Origin: Chiloscyllium plagiosum
Lineage: Eukaryota
Assembly (NCBI RefSeq): GCF_004010195.1
Contig: NC_057718.1
Location: 26,217,506-26,259,540, forward strand
Direction of reading: 5' to 3'
Length of the DNA stretch: 42,035 nt
The position numbers and the translations under genes were made by a program. Each line of letters starts with the position of its first letter. The stretch's first letter is position 1. Under the pieces are notes generated by a model that was given only the letters and a program-made list of their open reading frames with translations, had not been told where the DNA came from and ran no database searches. Below, one piece after another: positions 22,376 to 35,165 of this stretch.

Positions 22376-25300
22376 ACCTACCACTCCGGCATGGCTAGCG
22401 ACTATGAGACATAGGAGTGAAAGTAAGGCCATTCAGCCCATGAAGTCCACTCCACTATTCAATCATGGCTGATGGGTATCTCAATGTCACTTAACACACT
22501 CTTCCTGTATCCCTTAATTCCTTGCAAGATTAAGAACTTATCAATCGCTGTCTTGAAGACATTTAATGTCCTGGCCTCCACTGTGCTCTGTGGCAATGCA
22601 TTCAACAGGCCCACCACTCTCTGTCTGAAGAAATGTCTCCTCATTTCCATTTTAAATTGACCCCCTCTAATTCTAAGGCTATGCCCAAGGGTCCTAGTAT
22701 CCCTGCCTGTCGGAAACAAATTCCCAGCATCCACCCTTTCTAAACCATGCATTATGTTGCAAATTTCTATTAGATCTCCCCTCAACCTTCTAAACTCTAA
22801 TGAATACAATCCCAGGGTTCTCAGCCGTTCATCATATGTTAGGCCGACCATTCCAGGGATCATCCATGTGAATCTCCGCTGGACACGCTCCAGTGCCAGC
22901 ATGTCCTTCCTGAGGTGTGGGGCCCAAACTTGGACACAGTATTCCAAATGGGGCTTAACCAGAGCTTTATAAAGTCTCAGTAGCGCATTGTTGCTTTTAC
23001 ATTCCAACCCTCTTGAGATAAGTGACACCCTACATTTGCTTTCTTAATCACGGACTCAACCTGCAAGTCAACCTTTACAGAATCCTAGACTAATACTCCA
23101 AGTTCCCTTTGTACTTTGGCTTTATGAATTTTCTCTCCGTTTAGAAAATAGTCCATGCCTGTATTCTTTTTTCCAAAGTGCAACACCTCACATTTGCTCA
23201 CATTGAATTTCATCAGCCATTTCCTGGACCACTCTCCTAAACCATCTAAATCTTTCTGCAGCCTCCCCACCTCCTCAGTACTACCTGCCTGTCCGCCTAA
23301 CGTCGTATCATTGGCAAACTTTGCCAGAATGCCCCAGTCCCTTCATCCAGATCATAAATATATAAAGTGAACAGCTCCAGCCCCAACACAGAACCCTGCG
23401 GGACACCACTTGTCACTATCTGCCATTCTGAAAAAGATCCTTTTATCCCAACTCTCTACCTTCTGTCAGATAACCAATCCTCAATCCATGCCAGTAGCTC
23501 ACCTCAAACACCATGGGCCCTCAACTTACTCAGCAGCCTCCCGTGAGGAACCTTATCAAAGTCCTTTTGGAATTCTAGGTAGATAACATCCACAAGGTTT
23601 CTCTGGTCTAACCTACTTGTTACTTCTTCAAAGAATTCTAACAGGTTTGTCAGGCACAACCTCCACTTACTAAATCCATGCTGACTTGTTCTAATCCAAC
23701 CCTGCACTTCCAATTATTTAGAAATCTCATCCTTAACGATGGACTCTAGAATTTTACCTACAACCCAGGTTAGGTTAATTGGCCTGTAATTTTCCATCTT
23801 TTGTCTCGATCTTTTCGTGAACAAGGGGGTTACAACAGTGAGTTTCCAATCATCTGGGACTTTCCCTGACTCCAGTGATTTTTGAAAGATCTCAACCAAT
23901 GCCTCCGCTATTTCTTCAGCCACTTCCCTCAGAACTCTAGGATGTAGCCCATCAAGGCCAGGAGATTTATCAATTTTTAGACCTTTTAGCTTTTCGAGCA
24001 CTTTTTCTTTTGTAATGGCTACCACACTCAACTCTGCCCCTTGACTCTCCTAAATTGTTGGGATATTACTCATGTCGTCCACTGTGAAGACTGACTCAAA
24101 GCATTTATTAAGTTCTTCAGCTATTTCCTTATCTCCCATCACTAGCCTTCCTCCTTAATTTGAAACGGCCCAATTTCTACTTTTGCCTCTCATTTGTTTT
24201 TATGTATTGAAAGAAACTTTTACTATCATTTCTAATATTACTGGCTAGCCTACCTTCATATTTGATGCTCTCCTTCCTTATTTCTCTCTTTGTTATCCTC
24301 TGTTTGTTTCTGTAGTCTTCCCAATCTTCTGATTTCCCAGTGCTCTTGTCCACTTTATAGGCTCTCTCTTTTTCTTTGATACATTTTCTGATTTCCTTTG
24401 TCAGCCATGGCTGTCTTATACCCCATGTACCTTCCCCCGGATAATTTTTTTTTGGGATGAATCTCTGTACTGTGTCCTCAATTACACCCAGAAACCCCTA
24501 CCATTGTTGCTCTACTGTCTTCCCCGCTAAGCTCTGCTTCCAGTTAATTTTCGTCAGTTCCTCTCTCATGCCCCTGTAATTACCTTTATTAAACTGTAAG
24601 ACCATTACATCTGATTTTGCCTTCTCTCTATCAAACTGCAGATTGAACACTGCTATATTATGATCACTGCCTCCGAAGTGTTCCATTACTTTAAGATCCT
24701 TTATAAAGTCTGGCTCATTACATAGTACTAAGTCCAGAATAGCCTGCTCCCCTGTGGGCTCCATCACAAGCTGTTCCAAAAAGCCATCCTGTAGGCATTC
24801 CATGAATTCCCTTTCTTTGGATCCACCGGCAACATTATTCACCCAGTCCACCTGCATGTTGAAGTCCCCCATGATCACCGTGATCTTGCCTTTCTGGCAA
24901 GCCCTATCTATTTCATGGTACATGTTGCGCCCCTGGTCCTGACCACTACTGGGAGGTCTGCACATAACTCCCATTAGGGTTTTTTTGTCTTTGTGGTTCC
25001 TCAACTCCACCCACACAGACTCCACATCATCTGACCCTATGTCATTCAGTGCCATAGATTTAATTTCATTCTTAACTAACAAGGCAACCCTGCCCCCTCT
25101 GCCCATCTCCCTGTCTTTTCGATATGTTGTAAATCCTTGGATGTTTAACTGCCAGTCCTGACCCCCCTGCAACCATGTCTCTGTGATGCCTATCACATCA
25201 TCATCAGTCACGATGATTCATGTCGTTAATTCATCTACTCTATTACGAATGCTTCGAGCATTCAGATAAAGCACCTTAATGCTAATTTTCTTATCCTCAT

Positions 25301-26202
25301 GATTTCCATCACTTCTATTAGTGTGTCCAAAGTTATCCTTCCTTTTTGCTTCATTCCTAGTCTGCCTCGGACTTAAACCCTGCACACATGCTAACCTGCT
25401 GCTTATCTTTCTACTTGACACCATACTCCCTGTTACTTTCCCTTTCCCTTTCCCTTCCCCCCGCCCCACAAGTTTAAAGTCCTAGTGACCACCCTATTTA
25501 TCCTTTTCGCCAGAACACTGGTTCCTCATTGGTTCAAGTGGAGACTGTCCCATCAGTACAGATCGCCCCAGTTCCCAGTTGCCAATATCCCATGAAATGG
25601 AATCCGTCTTTCCCAAACCAATCTCGTAGCCACGTGTTTACTTCCCTAATTTTCTTATCCCGATGCCAATTAGCACATGGCTCAGGTAGTAATCCAGAGA
25701 TTATGACCCTCAAGGACTGTTCTTCAATTTCCTTCCTACTGCTTGATACTCCCCAAACAGGTCCTCCTTCCTAGCTTTGCCTATATTGTTTGTGCCAATG
25801 TGGACTACAACAACTGGATCCTCTCTCTCCGAGTCTAATATCCATTCAAGCTGGTCGGAGATGTCCTGCACCCTCGTACCGGGCAGGCAACACACCATGT
25901 GGGACTCTCGATCCGGCTCACAAAGGATACTGTCAGTCCCCCTAATTATAGAATCCCCTATAACAGCTTTTTGTCTTTTTGCTTACCCCTCTTAAATGGC
26001 CTTCTGCACCATGGTGCCATGGTCAGCTGGGTCATCCTGTCCACAGCCCTTTTCCTCATCCATACAGGGAGCAAAAATCTCATACCTGTTGGACAAGGTC
26101 AAGGGCTGAGGCTCCTCCACTCCTGATCTCAGAATCCCCCTACCTGCCTCACTTACAGTCACATCCTGTTGTTCCTGATCACTAACCGAATTTGAATTAC
26201 TT

Positions 26203-28424
26203 AGAGTCATAGAGATGTACAGCATGGAAACAGACCTTTCAGTCCAACCTGTCCATGCTGACCAGATATCCCAACCCAATCTAGTCCCACCTGCCAGCAC
26301 CCGGCCCATATCCCTCCAAACCCTTTCTATTCATATACCCATCCAAATGCCTCTTAAATGTTGCAATTGTACCAGCCNNNNNNNNNNNNNNNNNNNNNNN
26401 NNNNNNNNNNNNNNNNNNNNNNNNNNNNNNNNNNNNNNNNNNNNNNNNNNNNNNNNNNNNNNNNNNNNNNNNNNNNNNNNNNNNNNNNNNNNNNNNNNNN
26501 NNNNNNNNNNNNNNNNNNNNNNNNNNNNNNNNNNNNNNNNNNNNNNNNNNNNNNNNNNNNNNNNNNNNNNNNNNNNNNNNNNNNNNNNNNNNNNNNNNNN
26601 NNNNNNNNNNNNNNNNNNNNNNNNNNNNNNNNNNNNNNNNNNNNNNNNNNNNNNNNNNNNNNNNNNNNNNNNNNNNNNNNNNNNNNNNNNNNNNNNNNNN
26701 NNNNNNNNNNNNNNNNNNNNNNNNNNNNNNNNNNNNNNNNNNNNNNNNNNNNNNNNNNNNNNNNNNNNNNNNNNNNNNNNNNNNNNNNNNNNNNNNNNNN
26801 NNNNNNNNNNNNNNNNNNNNNNNNNNNNNNNNNNNNNNNNNNNNNNNNNNNNNNNNNNNNNNNNNNNNNNNNNNNNNNNNNNNNNNNNNNNNNNNNNNNN
26901 NNNNNNNNNNNNNNNNNNNNNNNNNNNNNNNNNNNNNNNNNNNNNNNNNNNNNNNNNNNNNNNNNNNNNNNNNNNNNNNNNNNNNNNNNNNNNNNNNNNN
27001 NNNNNNNNNNNNNNNNNNNNNNNNNNNNNNNNNNNNNNNNNNNNNNNNNNNNNNNNNNNNNNNNNNNNNNNNNNNNNNNNNNNNNNNNNNNNNNNNNNNN
27101 NNNNNNNNNNNNNNNNNNNNNNNNNNNNNNNNNNNNNNNNNNNNNNNNNNNNNNNNNNNTGCTAACCAGTCTCCCATGGGGAACCTTGTTGAACACTTCA
27201 CTGAAGTCCATATAGATTACATTTACCGCTCTGCCCTCATCAATCCTCTTTGTTACTTCTTCAAAAAACTCAATCAAGTTTGTGAGACATGATTTCCCAT
27301 GCACAAAGCCATGTTGACTATCCCTAATCAATACATATACATCCTATCCCTCATGATTCCCTCCAACAACTTCCCCTTGACCGACGTCAGACTTACTGGT
27401 CTATAGTTCCCTGGCTTGTCCTTACCACCCATCTTAAACAGTGGCACCACATTAGCCAGTCTTCCGGCACCTAAACTGTGACTATCGATGATACAAATAT
27501 CTCAGCAAGATGCCCAGTAATCACTTCTCTAGCTTCCCACAGAGTTCTAGGGTACACCTGATCAGGTCCTGGGGATTTATCCACCTTTATGCGTTTCAAG
27601 ACATCCAGCATTTCCTTTTGTGTAATATGGACATTTTGCAAGATGTCACTATCTATTTCCCTACAGTCTATATCTTCCACATCCTTTTCCACAGTAAATA
27701 CTGATGCAAATACTCATTTAGTATCTCCCCCATTTTCTGCGGCTCCACACAAAGGCCGCCTTGCTGATCTTTGAGGGCCCTATTCTCTCCCTAGTTATCC
27801 TTTTAGTCCTTAATGTATTTGTAAAAACCCTTTGGATTCTTCTTAATTCTATTTGTCAAAGCTATCTCATGTCCCCGTTTTGCCCTCCTGATTTCCCTCT
27901 TAAGTATACTCCTACTTTCTTTATAATCTTCTAAGGATTCACTCGATCTATTCTGTCTATACCTTACATATGCTTCCTTCTTTTTCTTAACCAAACCCTC
28001 AATTTCTTTAGTCATCCAGCCATTCCTTTCACGCTGACAGAAATATACTTTCTCTGGATTCTTGTTATCTCATTTCTGAAGGCTTCCCATTTTCCAGCCG
28101 TCCCTTTACCTGCGAACACCTGTCCCCAATCAGCTTTTGAAAGTTCTTGCCTAATACCGTCAAAATTACCCTTTCTCTAATTTAGAACTTCAGTTTTTAG
28201 ATCTGGTCTATCCTTTTCCATCATTATTTTAAATCTAAAGGAATTATGGTTGCTGGCCCCAAAGTGCTCCCCCACTGACACCTCAGTTAACTGCCCTGCC
28301 TTATTTCCCAAGAGTAGGTCAAGTTTTGCACCTTCTCTCATAGATACATCCACATACTGAATCAGAAAATTTTCTTGTACACACTTAACAAATTCCTCTC
28401 CATCTAAACCCTGAACACTATGGC
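26203..28424 (-). mobile_element. Nested 5'-truncated CR1 (HER1-like) LINE spanning the assembly gap
   Basis: The 3' end at 26203-26377 is nearly identical to 410-590. 27160-28424 encodes the APE end through the RT start (EFVKCVQENFL..LDLLLGN; KSPGPDQVYPR; SQHGFVHGKSCLTNLIEFFEEVT..KVPHGRL). Confidence 0.88.
26378..27159. other. Assembly gap (782 N)
   Basis: Run of N. Both flanks are colinear parts of the same CR1 ORF2. Confidence 0.99.
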
Positions 28425-29103
28425 TAATCTGCCAGGTGTGACTGCCTCCTGAAACAAAGCGTCCAGGTAATTCTCCCCCTCCCGGGTGTGCCACAGTGTA
28501 TGAAGCTCAGATTCCAGATCATCAATTCTAATCTGGAGTTCTTTCAGCAACAAATGCTTGCTGCAGATTTGGTCACTGATGTTCACAATGGGATCAACTA
28601 CTCCCACATCATACAGCTACAGCACATCACCTGTCCAGCCATCTCTACTTATTTAATTAATTTATACAAATTTAGAGTTAAATGATTTCTAGTACTTCTC
28701 TGTCGCCTTATTCAATTAACCAACTAATATTTATTAATCAACTTTTAAATCAAACTTTTAATCAATCACACGATACACAAGAAGCATCAATTGAAGCGCC
28801 TTACCTTAGCAATACATGAGAATCCTTTCTTTTTGGTGAGAGAAGGAGGGTGGGTGGGAGACACTACACGTGTAGTGTCTCGGGATTCAGCCGCTGCCCA
28901 AATATATACCTGAAATTCCCGAGGTAAGTTTTTATATTTAAATCTTACCTTCCCATTGGGCCACTGGTCCTCGCTGTTGCTCCTCCAACTCCAACTGCCA
29001 CTGAACAAAATGAAGAAGACTGAACTCCCAGATGGAAGCTTTCCAAAGGGCTACATCCTGACCCCTTGCTTTTCAGTAGTGTGCCTGACAGCTTAGTTTG
29101 ATT

Positions 29104-29380
29104 TTTTTTTTTTTTTTTTTTTAATTTAACCCCCACACTACCACCTAAGTGCGGTAGTGCTTATTTTATCCCCAGCACCCATGGTGTGTGTGTGCAGGTG
29201 TGAGACACAGTGAAAGACACAAAGTGCACCACTCTTTATTCAATTTCCACCACCAGGAAGATAGGAAAACACCCGGGTGGCCAGTGACAAACACTGCCCT
29301 TCACAGCAAGGGACAGTGCTGTGTGATCAAAACAGTGAAGGGGAGGGTAGGGACTAAATCAAAATAGAGTTGGAGGGAGA
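29104..29380 (-). mobile_element. 5'-truncated poly(A)-tailed retro-insertion (L1/Tx1-like 3' UTR) with 16-bp TSD
   Basis: T-run at 29102-29122 (a poly(A) tail on the minus strand). Perfect direct repeat ACAGCTTAGTTTGATT at 29088-29103 and 29381-29396. The family assignment is inferred. Confidence 0.75.
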
Positions 29381-30689
29381 ACAGCTTAGTTTGATTGGGG
29401 AAGTTGGCAATTGGCAGGCAATCTCCCTGTTCCTCATCCAATTAGGGACAAGCAGTAGACTGCAAAGGCTGGAGGGGCAGTCACTGCTCCCATAACAAAG
29501 AACGACCTCTTGTAAAAGCCATGTGCTGCTGGTGTGAATGGAGCAGGAGATAGCAGCATAAGATGGAGGCACAACAAGCTGTTCGTTCCTTCCACCCATT
29601 ACTATCTAGCAGATTTATCAGTCCATGAGATGCATCCGTTTCAAGGATATACACATTATTGGTCTGAAGATTTGTGAGTTTGTTCCTTTTGGAGTTAAAG
29701 CTTCATATTCATCATGTGGTGCTCTGACATCTCACTCTTGCTATCCCTCCTGCACATAAGTGAATTACAAACAAAGCAAGAAGTCCCATATGCCTGGGTA
29801 AAATGGCAGTACCTTTGAGTAGTACTGCTATTTGGACAAATATTTGCCTGAATTATCCGCCCACCACTTCCTGACATGTCACTGTTACTGTTTCAATGTA
29901 AGAAGTGTTTTTTTATTCTTCATGTCCTTGCATCCATGCACTGCCTGACTCTATAATTGCCTCCACAGAGCCCTCTAAATTCTGCCCAATGTGTCCTAAA
30001 ATTACAGCTGCTGCTGTTTTCAGGGTCCCCATTCCTGTGGCAATGTCAGACTGTAGTTCCCATGTCTAGGTAAGCCCTGTCACTGAACTGGCTGTGCTAT
30101 GGTCGCCGTTGGGATCATTTGAAGTCCTAAAGCTCCAAATCCATTTGGCTGATAGTTCAGGCACACCTAACTGACAGTCTTAATGTTTTATGCAACTCTC
30201 TGATGACCACGTTGTGAGGTTGTATACAGACAATACCACAGTAATTGAAAGAGAAAACCTTTGCATAGCTGAACACTGGGAATGCTCGAAACACACACAC
30301 ACAGCAAGGACACTCAGCATTCTTGGAGAGAACTGGTTTCATATTTCACACTCAGTCCTTGCTCAGAACTAAAACCTGAAATGTGAATAAATATTCTAAT
30401 TGGATTAAAATGAAGAGGAGGAGGAGGGAAACAAGTTAATAGAGAGGGAGCATTAGGAGAATTAATTAACCTGTTGAAATGAAAACTAAGAGGTTTGTCT
30501 GATCTGTTTTTCACATCAGACAATAGAAGGAAGTATTAAATAAATTGCTGGCAGAAGAGAACTGAATAACTTGTCAGTAACTCAGCTAAAATAACAGCTG
30601 TACCAAGGAGAAGATGAGGGACAGCAAAATCATGGAAGTTCCGCACATTAGATCTGAAATCATTAAAACAAGTGATGGCAAAACCTGAC

Positions 30690-30890
30690 TGAAAACAACA
30701 AATGCTAGAGGTCACAGTGGGTCAAGCAGCATCCATGGAGAGAGAGTTTGGAGTCTAGATGACTCTTTTCTCCTGGTGGCAAGATATGTTGGGGATATGG
30801 CTTTATTCGAGCCTCTGCTTTATTTGCAGTGGATGGGCTAGACTAGTGAGTAGATTTCTGTCTGTCTATAGAAGGCCCTTCATCAGAATA
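30690..30890 (-). mobile_element. Degenerate Penelope-derived terminal fragments
   Basis: AAAACAACAAATGCTAGAGG..GGGTCAAGCAGCATCCATGGAGAGAGAG and GGCCCTTCATCAGAA (reverse complement CTGATGAAGGGCC). Confidence 0.5.
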
Positions 30891-31711
30891 CAGTATAAAC
30901 AGTGAACATCAAGCTTCTAGTTCATTTGCCAGAAATTAAAATGAGTGTCAATTAATGAGACTGGAATGTGTTTCCTGTCATTTGCTTGCTAGCAGCTCAA
31001 AGTTAAGATCACAACTTGTAGTTAAGTTATGTGCACGCCTAAGTTATATAAAATTGCATTTGATTGCACAAGGTTTTAAATTACACAAAAATAATGGACC
31101 GGGATGACCATTCAATATATCTTAATTCTTCCAGAGGGATCTTATTACTACCCCATTGTACCTTTCTGTCGTTTTTTGATATAATTTACCAGTTTGCCTC
31201 CTCTATTCTGCATGGAAATATATTCCATATGTTGATGACACAATGAACTGTATGAGAGATTACCAAGTGTTTTGTAGTCGTTTACATCTGCTAAAATAGA
31301 TCATATTCCGCAAATCAGTCACTTTTATTTATTTTTATTTTATTAGTTCACATAATTATGATTTAGATGACGCAAAAGTTAATTGAGAACAATTTTGTAA
31401 CTGGTTGGGAACTCCAATGACAAATACATATTTTATTTTACTGCCAGCACAAATAGTGCAGTACATGAAATTAAGTCCAGTAGTAAATATATCAGTGTTG
31501 TACAGTTTTGAAGGTTTAGTCATGCTATGGAGATTCCTGTAACATAAAAATGTTTTTGGCAAAATTATGACTGATTTGTATTAATGTGAGATTACAAACA
31601 ATGGAAACTGGTCCATCAAAAGGCCAGGAATATTACCCAGCTCTGCTTGAAGTCTCTAATTGTGCAGATTATTGAGAACTGTTACGCAAACTGCTCTTTC
31701 TTTCAGAGTAT

Positions 31712-32025
31712 ATTAGATTAGATTCCCTACAGTGTAGAAACAGGCCCTTCAGCCCAACCAGTCCATACCGACCCTCCAAAGAGTAACTCACCCAGACCCA
31801 TTTCCCCTCTGACTAATGCACCTAACACTATGGGCAATTTAGCATGACCAGTTCACCTGACCTGCACATCTTTTGGACTGTGGGAGGAAACCGGAGCACC
31901 CGGAGGAAACTCACACAGACACGGGGAGAATGTGCAAGCTCCACACAGAGAGTCGCCCGAGGCTGGAATCAAATCTGGGACCCTGGTGCTGTGAGGCAGC
32001 AGTGCTAAGCACTGAGCCACCGTGC
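31712..32025 (-). mobile_element. HE1-type V-SINE, near full length
   Basis: Colinear with 7251-7577. A box TGGCTCAGTGC, B-box-like GATTTGATTCC, V-domain and (AATCT)n tail. Confidence 0.9.
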
Positions 32026-32929
32026 TTCTGGAACCCCAATTGTAAATGGAGCAGACAAACTTTGAGCTTTATGAGCAACGCAGAGGAGGACTCTGAGTGG
32101 AGGTGATGGGAAATAGCTGGCAGGAATCTTGCAAACTCCTTTGGCACAATAGGATTACCAGCTTCAACATTGAAACTTTGGACCATGTTTTGCTCCCAAG
32201 TTTGGAACGTGAACTCAGGAAAACTCCTGAACGAGAAAGGAGTGCCCCAAATTTTTCCATTTTCATTCTTGGGAGGGTTGTGAGTGTTCACTGGAGTCAG
32301 GCCTGTAAAGAATTTGGAGGCAGCTACAGGGCTGCCAGGTGGTGGGGCTGGGTGGTTAGATGACCACAATCAGTTGGAACGCAATCATTCTAGCCCTCAC
32401 CTCTCACACCATCCTCTGAAGTCATCTATGCCAACTTATGCCACATCATGCCCCCACTCACCTCCATGGCCCATCATGCCCTTTGTGTCAACCTGTGCCT
32501 CTCTACTCAAGCCCAAGACCCTTTTTAGCCCCTATGCCAACTCAGTGCCAACACATACCAAGCCAAGACTTCCTGCTCATCCCCTTTGCCCTTTATATTA
32601 GTGTAAACATTGCACCACCTAATGGGCACACATGTACCTCCACCCATTACCGTTTGCCCTTAATCTTCCTTTCCAATTCACTCAGTGTCCTCCATGGAGA
32701 GACATCAGCAGCCATATTGAGATGAAATAAAAATATAATTCTGTCTGTTGCAGACTTTACTATATTTGAAAAAATATTCACATTTCTAACACTTCAATCC
32801 CTTCAAGTACTTAAACCATTATAACAGCAAACTTTCCTTCAAGCACTTAGTTTGCTATGAATACATAAATCTGCATTCATACTCACACACAAAAGACAGA
32901 TCACAACTTGGCATTGTCAATAAAATTGT

Positions 32930-33095
32930 GAACTGGAAGGAAATTATCTTCCCTTGTGATAGAAAGAGGAAGTCTGCTGCTATGACAAAGATGGCTTGGT
33001 TACAAGTAGCTGAGGAAGTCAGTATCAATATTTTACCCAGTCTCTGGATCCAAGCAGTGACTTGATTAATTAACCAGGTCAGAAAAGGTAAATGC
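32930..33095 (+). mobile_element. PIF/Harbinger-derived Myb/SANT-like (trihelix) gene relic
   Basis: Frame from ~32937 reads KEIIFPCDRKRKSAAMTKMAWLQVAEEVSINILPSLWIQ, resembling the W..VA..V...R.W.QC pattern of Myb_DNA-bind_5-type domains, followed by AAG|gtaaat. Confidence 0.6.
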
Positions 33096-35165
33096 AGTTG
33101 GGTAATCATCTCCATCCTACAGTATGCAATGTCTCTGTTTGCCCATTGTGATGACTGTGACAGGAGGAATGTGATGATAATCAAGCCCCACTACTCCATG
33201 AATAATTATAAAAGTCTTAACATTTACTAAAATTTCAAAATAATTTGGTTATTATGAGCAAACCTTATTCATTAAGCAAGTGGCAAATTCTAGTTAACAA
33301 TCAAGCTATGATGCAGAATCTGAATTATACTCCTTTAATGCCACACATAAACGCACTTATAGAGCGGAAAAAGATGTGTCTCTGCACAAATAATGGTTTC
33401 TTTTTATCAGACAATATATAAAAGATACCCCATTAGTCAAGGATCTGGAAGCATGGGATAAAATGTGTTTATTTTTCGCATCCACTGGATTTCCAGTAGA
33501 GAAATCTGAATTTCTGACTCCTGTAGATTGATGGTAAATGTCCAGTCCTGCATCCAGTCACCTTGGATTTGTGACATTGGGAATTGGTCACAGACTGCAC
33601 CATCAAATTTTACCAGGTGGACTGAAATTCTGATATTTGAAAATTCTACCATGTTTTCAGAACCTTACACTGAGAAACAAAGTTTAATGAAACAGATTTG
33701 CAGCTTCTGTCTTGTCTTCTTTACTCTGACTGCTGAGTCTGTAGAACAAAACTCTAAGTCCATTGTGGGTTGCTGGACAATCATTATGCCCTCTAGTCAT
33801 CTCAAAAGAATTTGTTCAGTAACTAAATAATTTAAGGCAATAAATAATAATCACCTCTTATCTCTTAAAAGCTTTGCTTAGTTGTTTCTCCAAAATCACT
33901 TGATTTTCAGTAAAAGAAAAGCAGGTAATCCACATCAGACATTAAACTTGAAAAAGTAAACCCCTTTTCAATCCAGAATAGAATTAAAACTTAGAAATTA
34001 TTTAAAAATTCAGAACTTTGGACATAGGCCTTACATATAAATATGCACTCCCAAAAATGTCCCTCACCACAGTGTCTTCTCAAGTACATTCCCATCATAA
34101 CTCTATTCAAAACCACTTCCGTTTGAAGAGCACCCAGTTTTCATTTTCTGTGCAGTTTCTCACTTCCCCATTGCACCATCTCTGCAATTCATCCCAATCC
34201 TTTTACAATGTGTTGCATTCTCTGGATATTCATCCACACTAAATGTACAGTATCTGTCAGTGAAGACACATCTCATACTAATGGATAGATTGTTCTCCAC
34301 TTGCAGGAGAAGCAAACTCAAAAGGGGAAAGAGGACCAAGGGTCGGCCATCACAGATAATAGAGCTGATATTATCAGAAGAGGAGGTCAGTGGTGTGTTT
34401 GCAGCCCTGGCCTTCGTAAATGGATTATGTTGGACCTCATAGCCGCCTCGAGTCAGAATTTAATTTCTATCAACCACATATAAGGTTCAGTCCTGGTGAC
34501 CTGCTTCCACAAACAAGTGAAACATAATCATCTTAATTCTGCTTATTAGCACTATTTCAACATCAGCTGTCACTGTCCATATCCATCATCTCTCTTCTTC
34601 ATTGCCTTCATGTGTAAATGGTAGCCTGCGGAATTTCAAGGTGATGATTCCTCAGAGAAGCTAATTGCTCTGAAGGTTGAATCATCACAGTATATTAGCA
34701 GGCAGCAGTGCCATTTTCATAAAAATTATTTCATGGGACATGGGTGTTACTACCTAGGTCAGTAGTTATTTCCCATCCCATCCCTAGGCACTTCTCTGTT
34801 GCACTGCCTCTGTCAATGACATTTTCTGCCATATATCATTCAAAATTAATGAAAAGACTGGTCAACACTTTGGTGCATGCAGAAGGTCATATCTATATTT
34901 GGATGTTCTAGTAATTTTGGCAAATGTCAAGTTTATACTCAGGGGCTGTAAGCTTTGTCAACCTGCAAAGATCACTTTGCACTTATGTGCATTCTTCAGG
35001 AGCTCTTCAACACTATACGTCTGCAGTTTGTTGAGTAAATCTTTCTGGAAAGCTTCCTTAGGCTGGATGCAATCAACAACAAAACAATTCTGTTTACTAG
35101 TTGTCTGCCTGAAAATCACAGAATGATCCTTTTTCTCTGCACCTGCTCATGAAGTGACTTATGGA

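Larger units (their letters stand above)
22402..29060 (-). mobile_element. Near full-length decayed CR1 LINE (5' UTR, ORF1, APE-RT ORF2), split by a nested CR1 at 26203-28424
   Basis: ORF1 N-terminal Cys/leucine-zipper part (ICSKHLLLKELQIRIDDLESELHTL, ~28640-28425). Esterase part IGD..VCCLPGTRVQDI..VVVHIGTNNIGK (~25960-25710). APE LYLNARSIRN..IGITETWL..MGDFN..SDHN (~25280-24500). RT and C-terminus 24031-22459. Multiple stops and frameshifts; 5' boundary approximate. Confidence 0.9.

Noticed and set aside
26215..27331. Long 285-325 aa ORFs
   Set aside because: Artefacts of translating through the N gap; the flanks are CR1 sequence.
33500..33640. Imperfect inverted repeat (possible old MITE)
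   Set aside because: Arms too degenerate to define boundaries or a family by eye.
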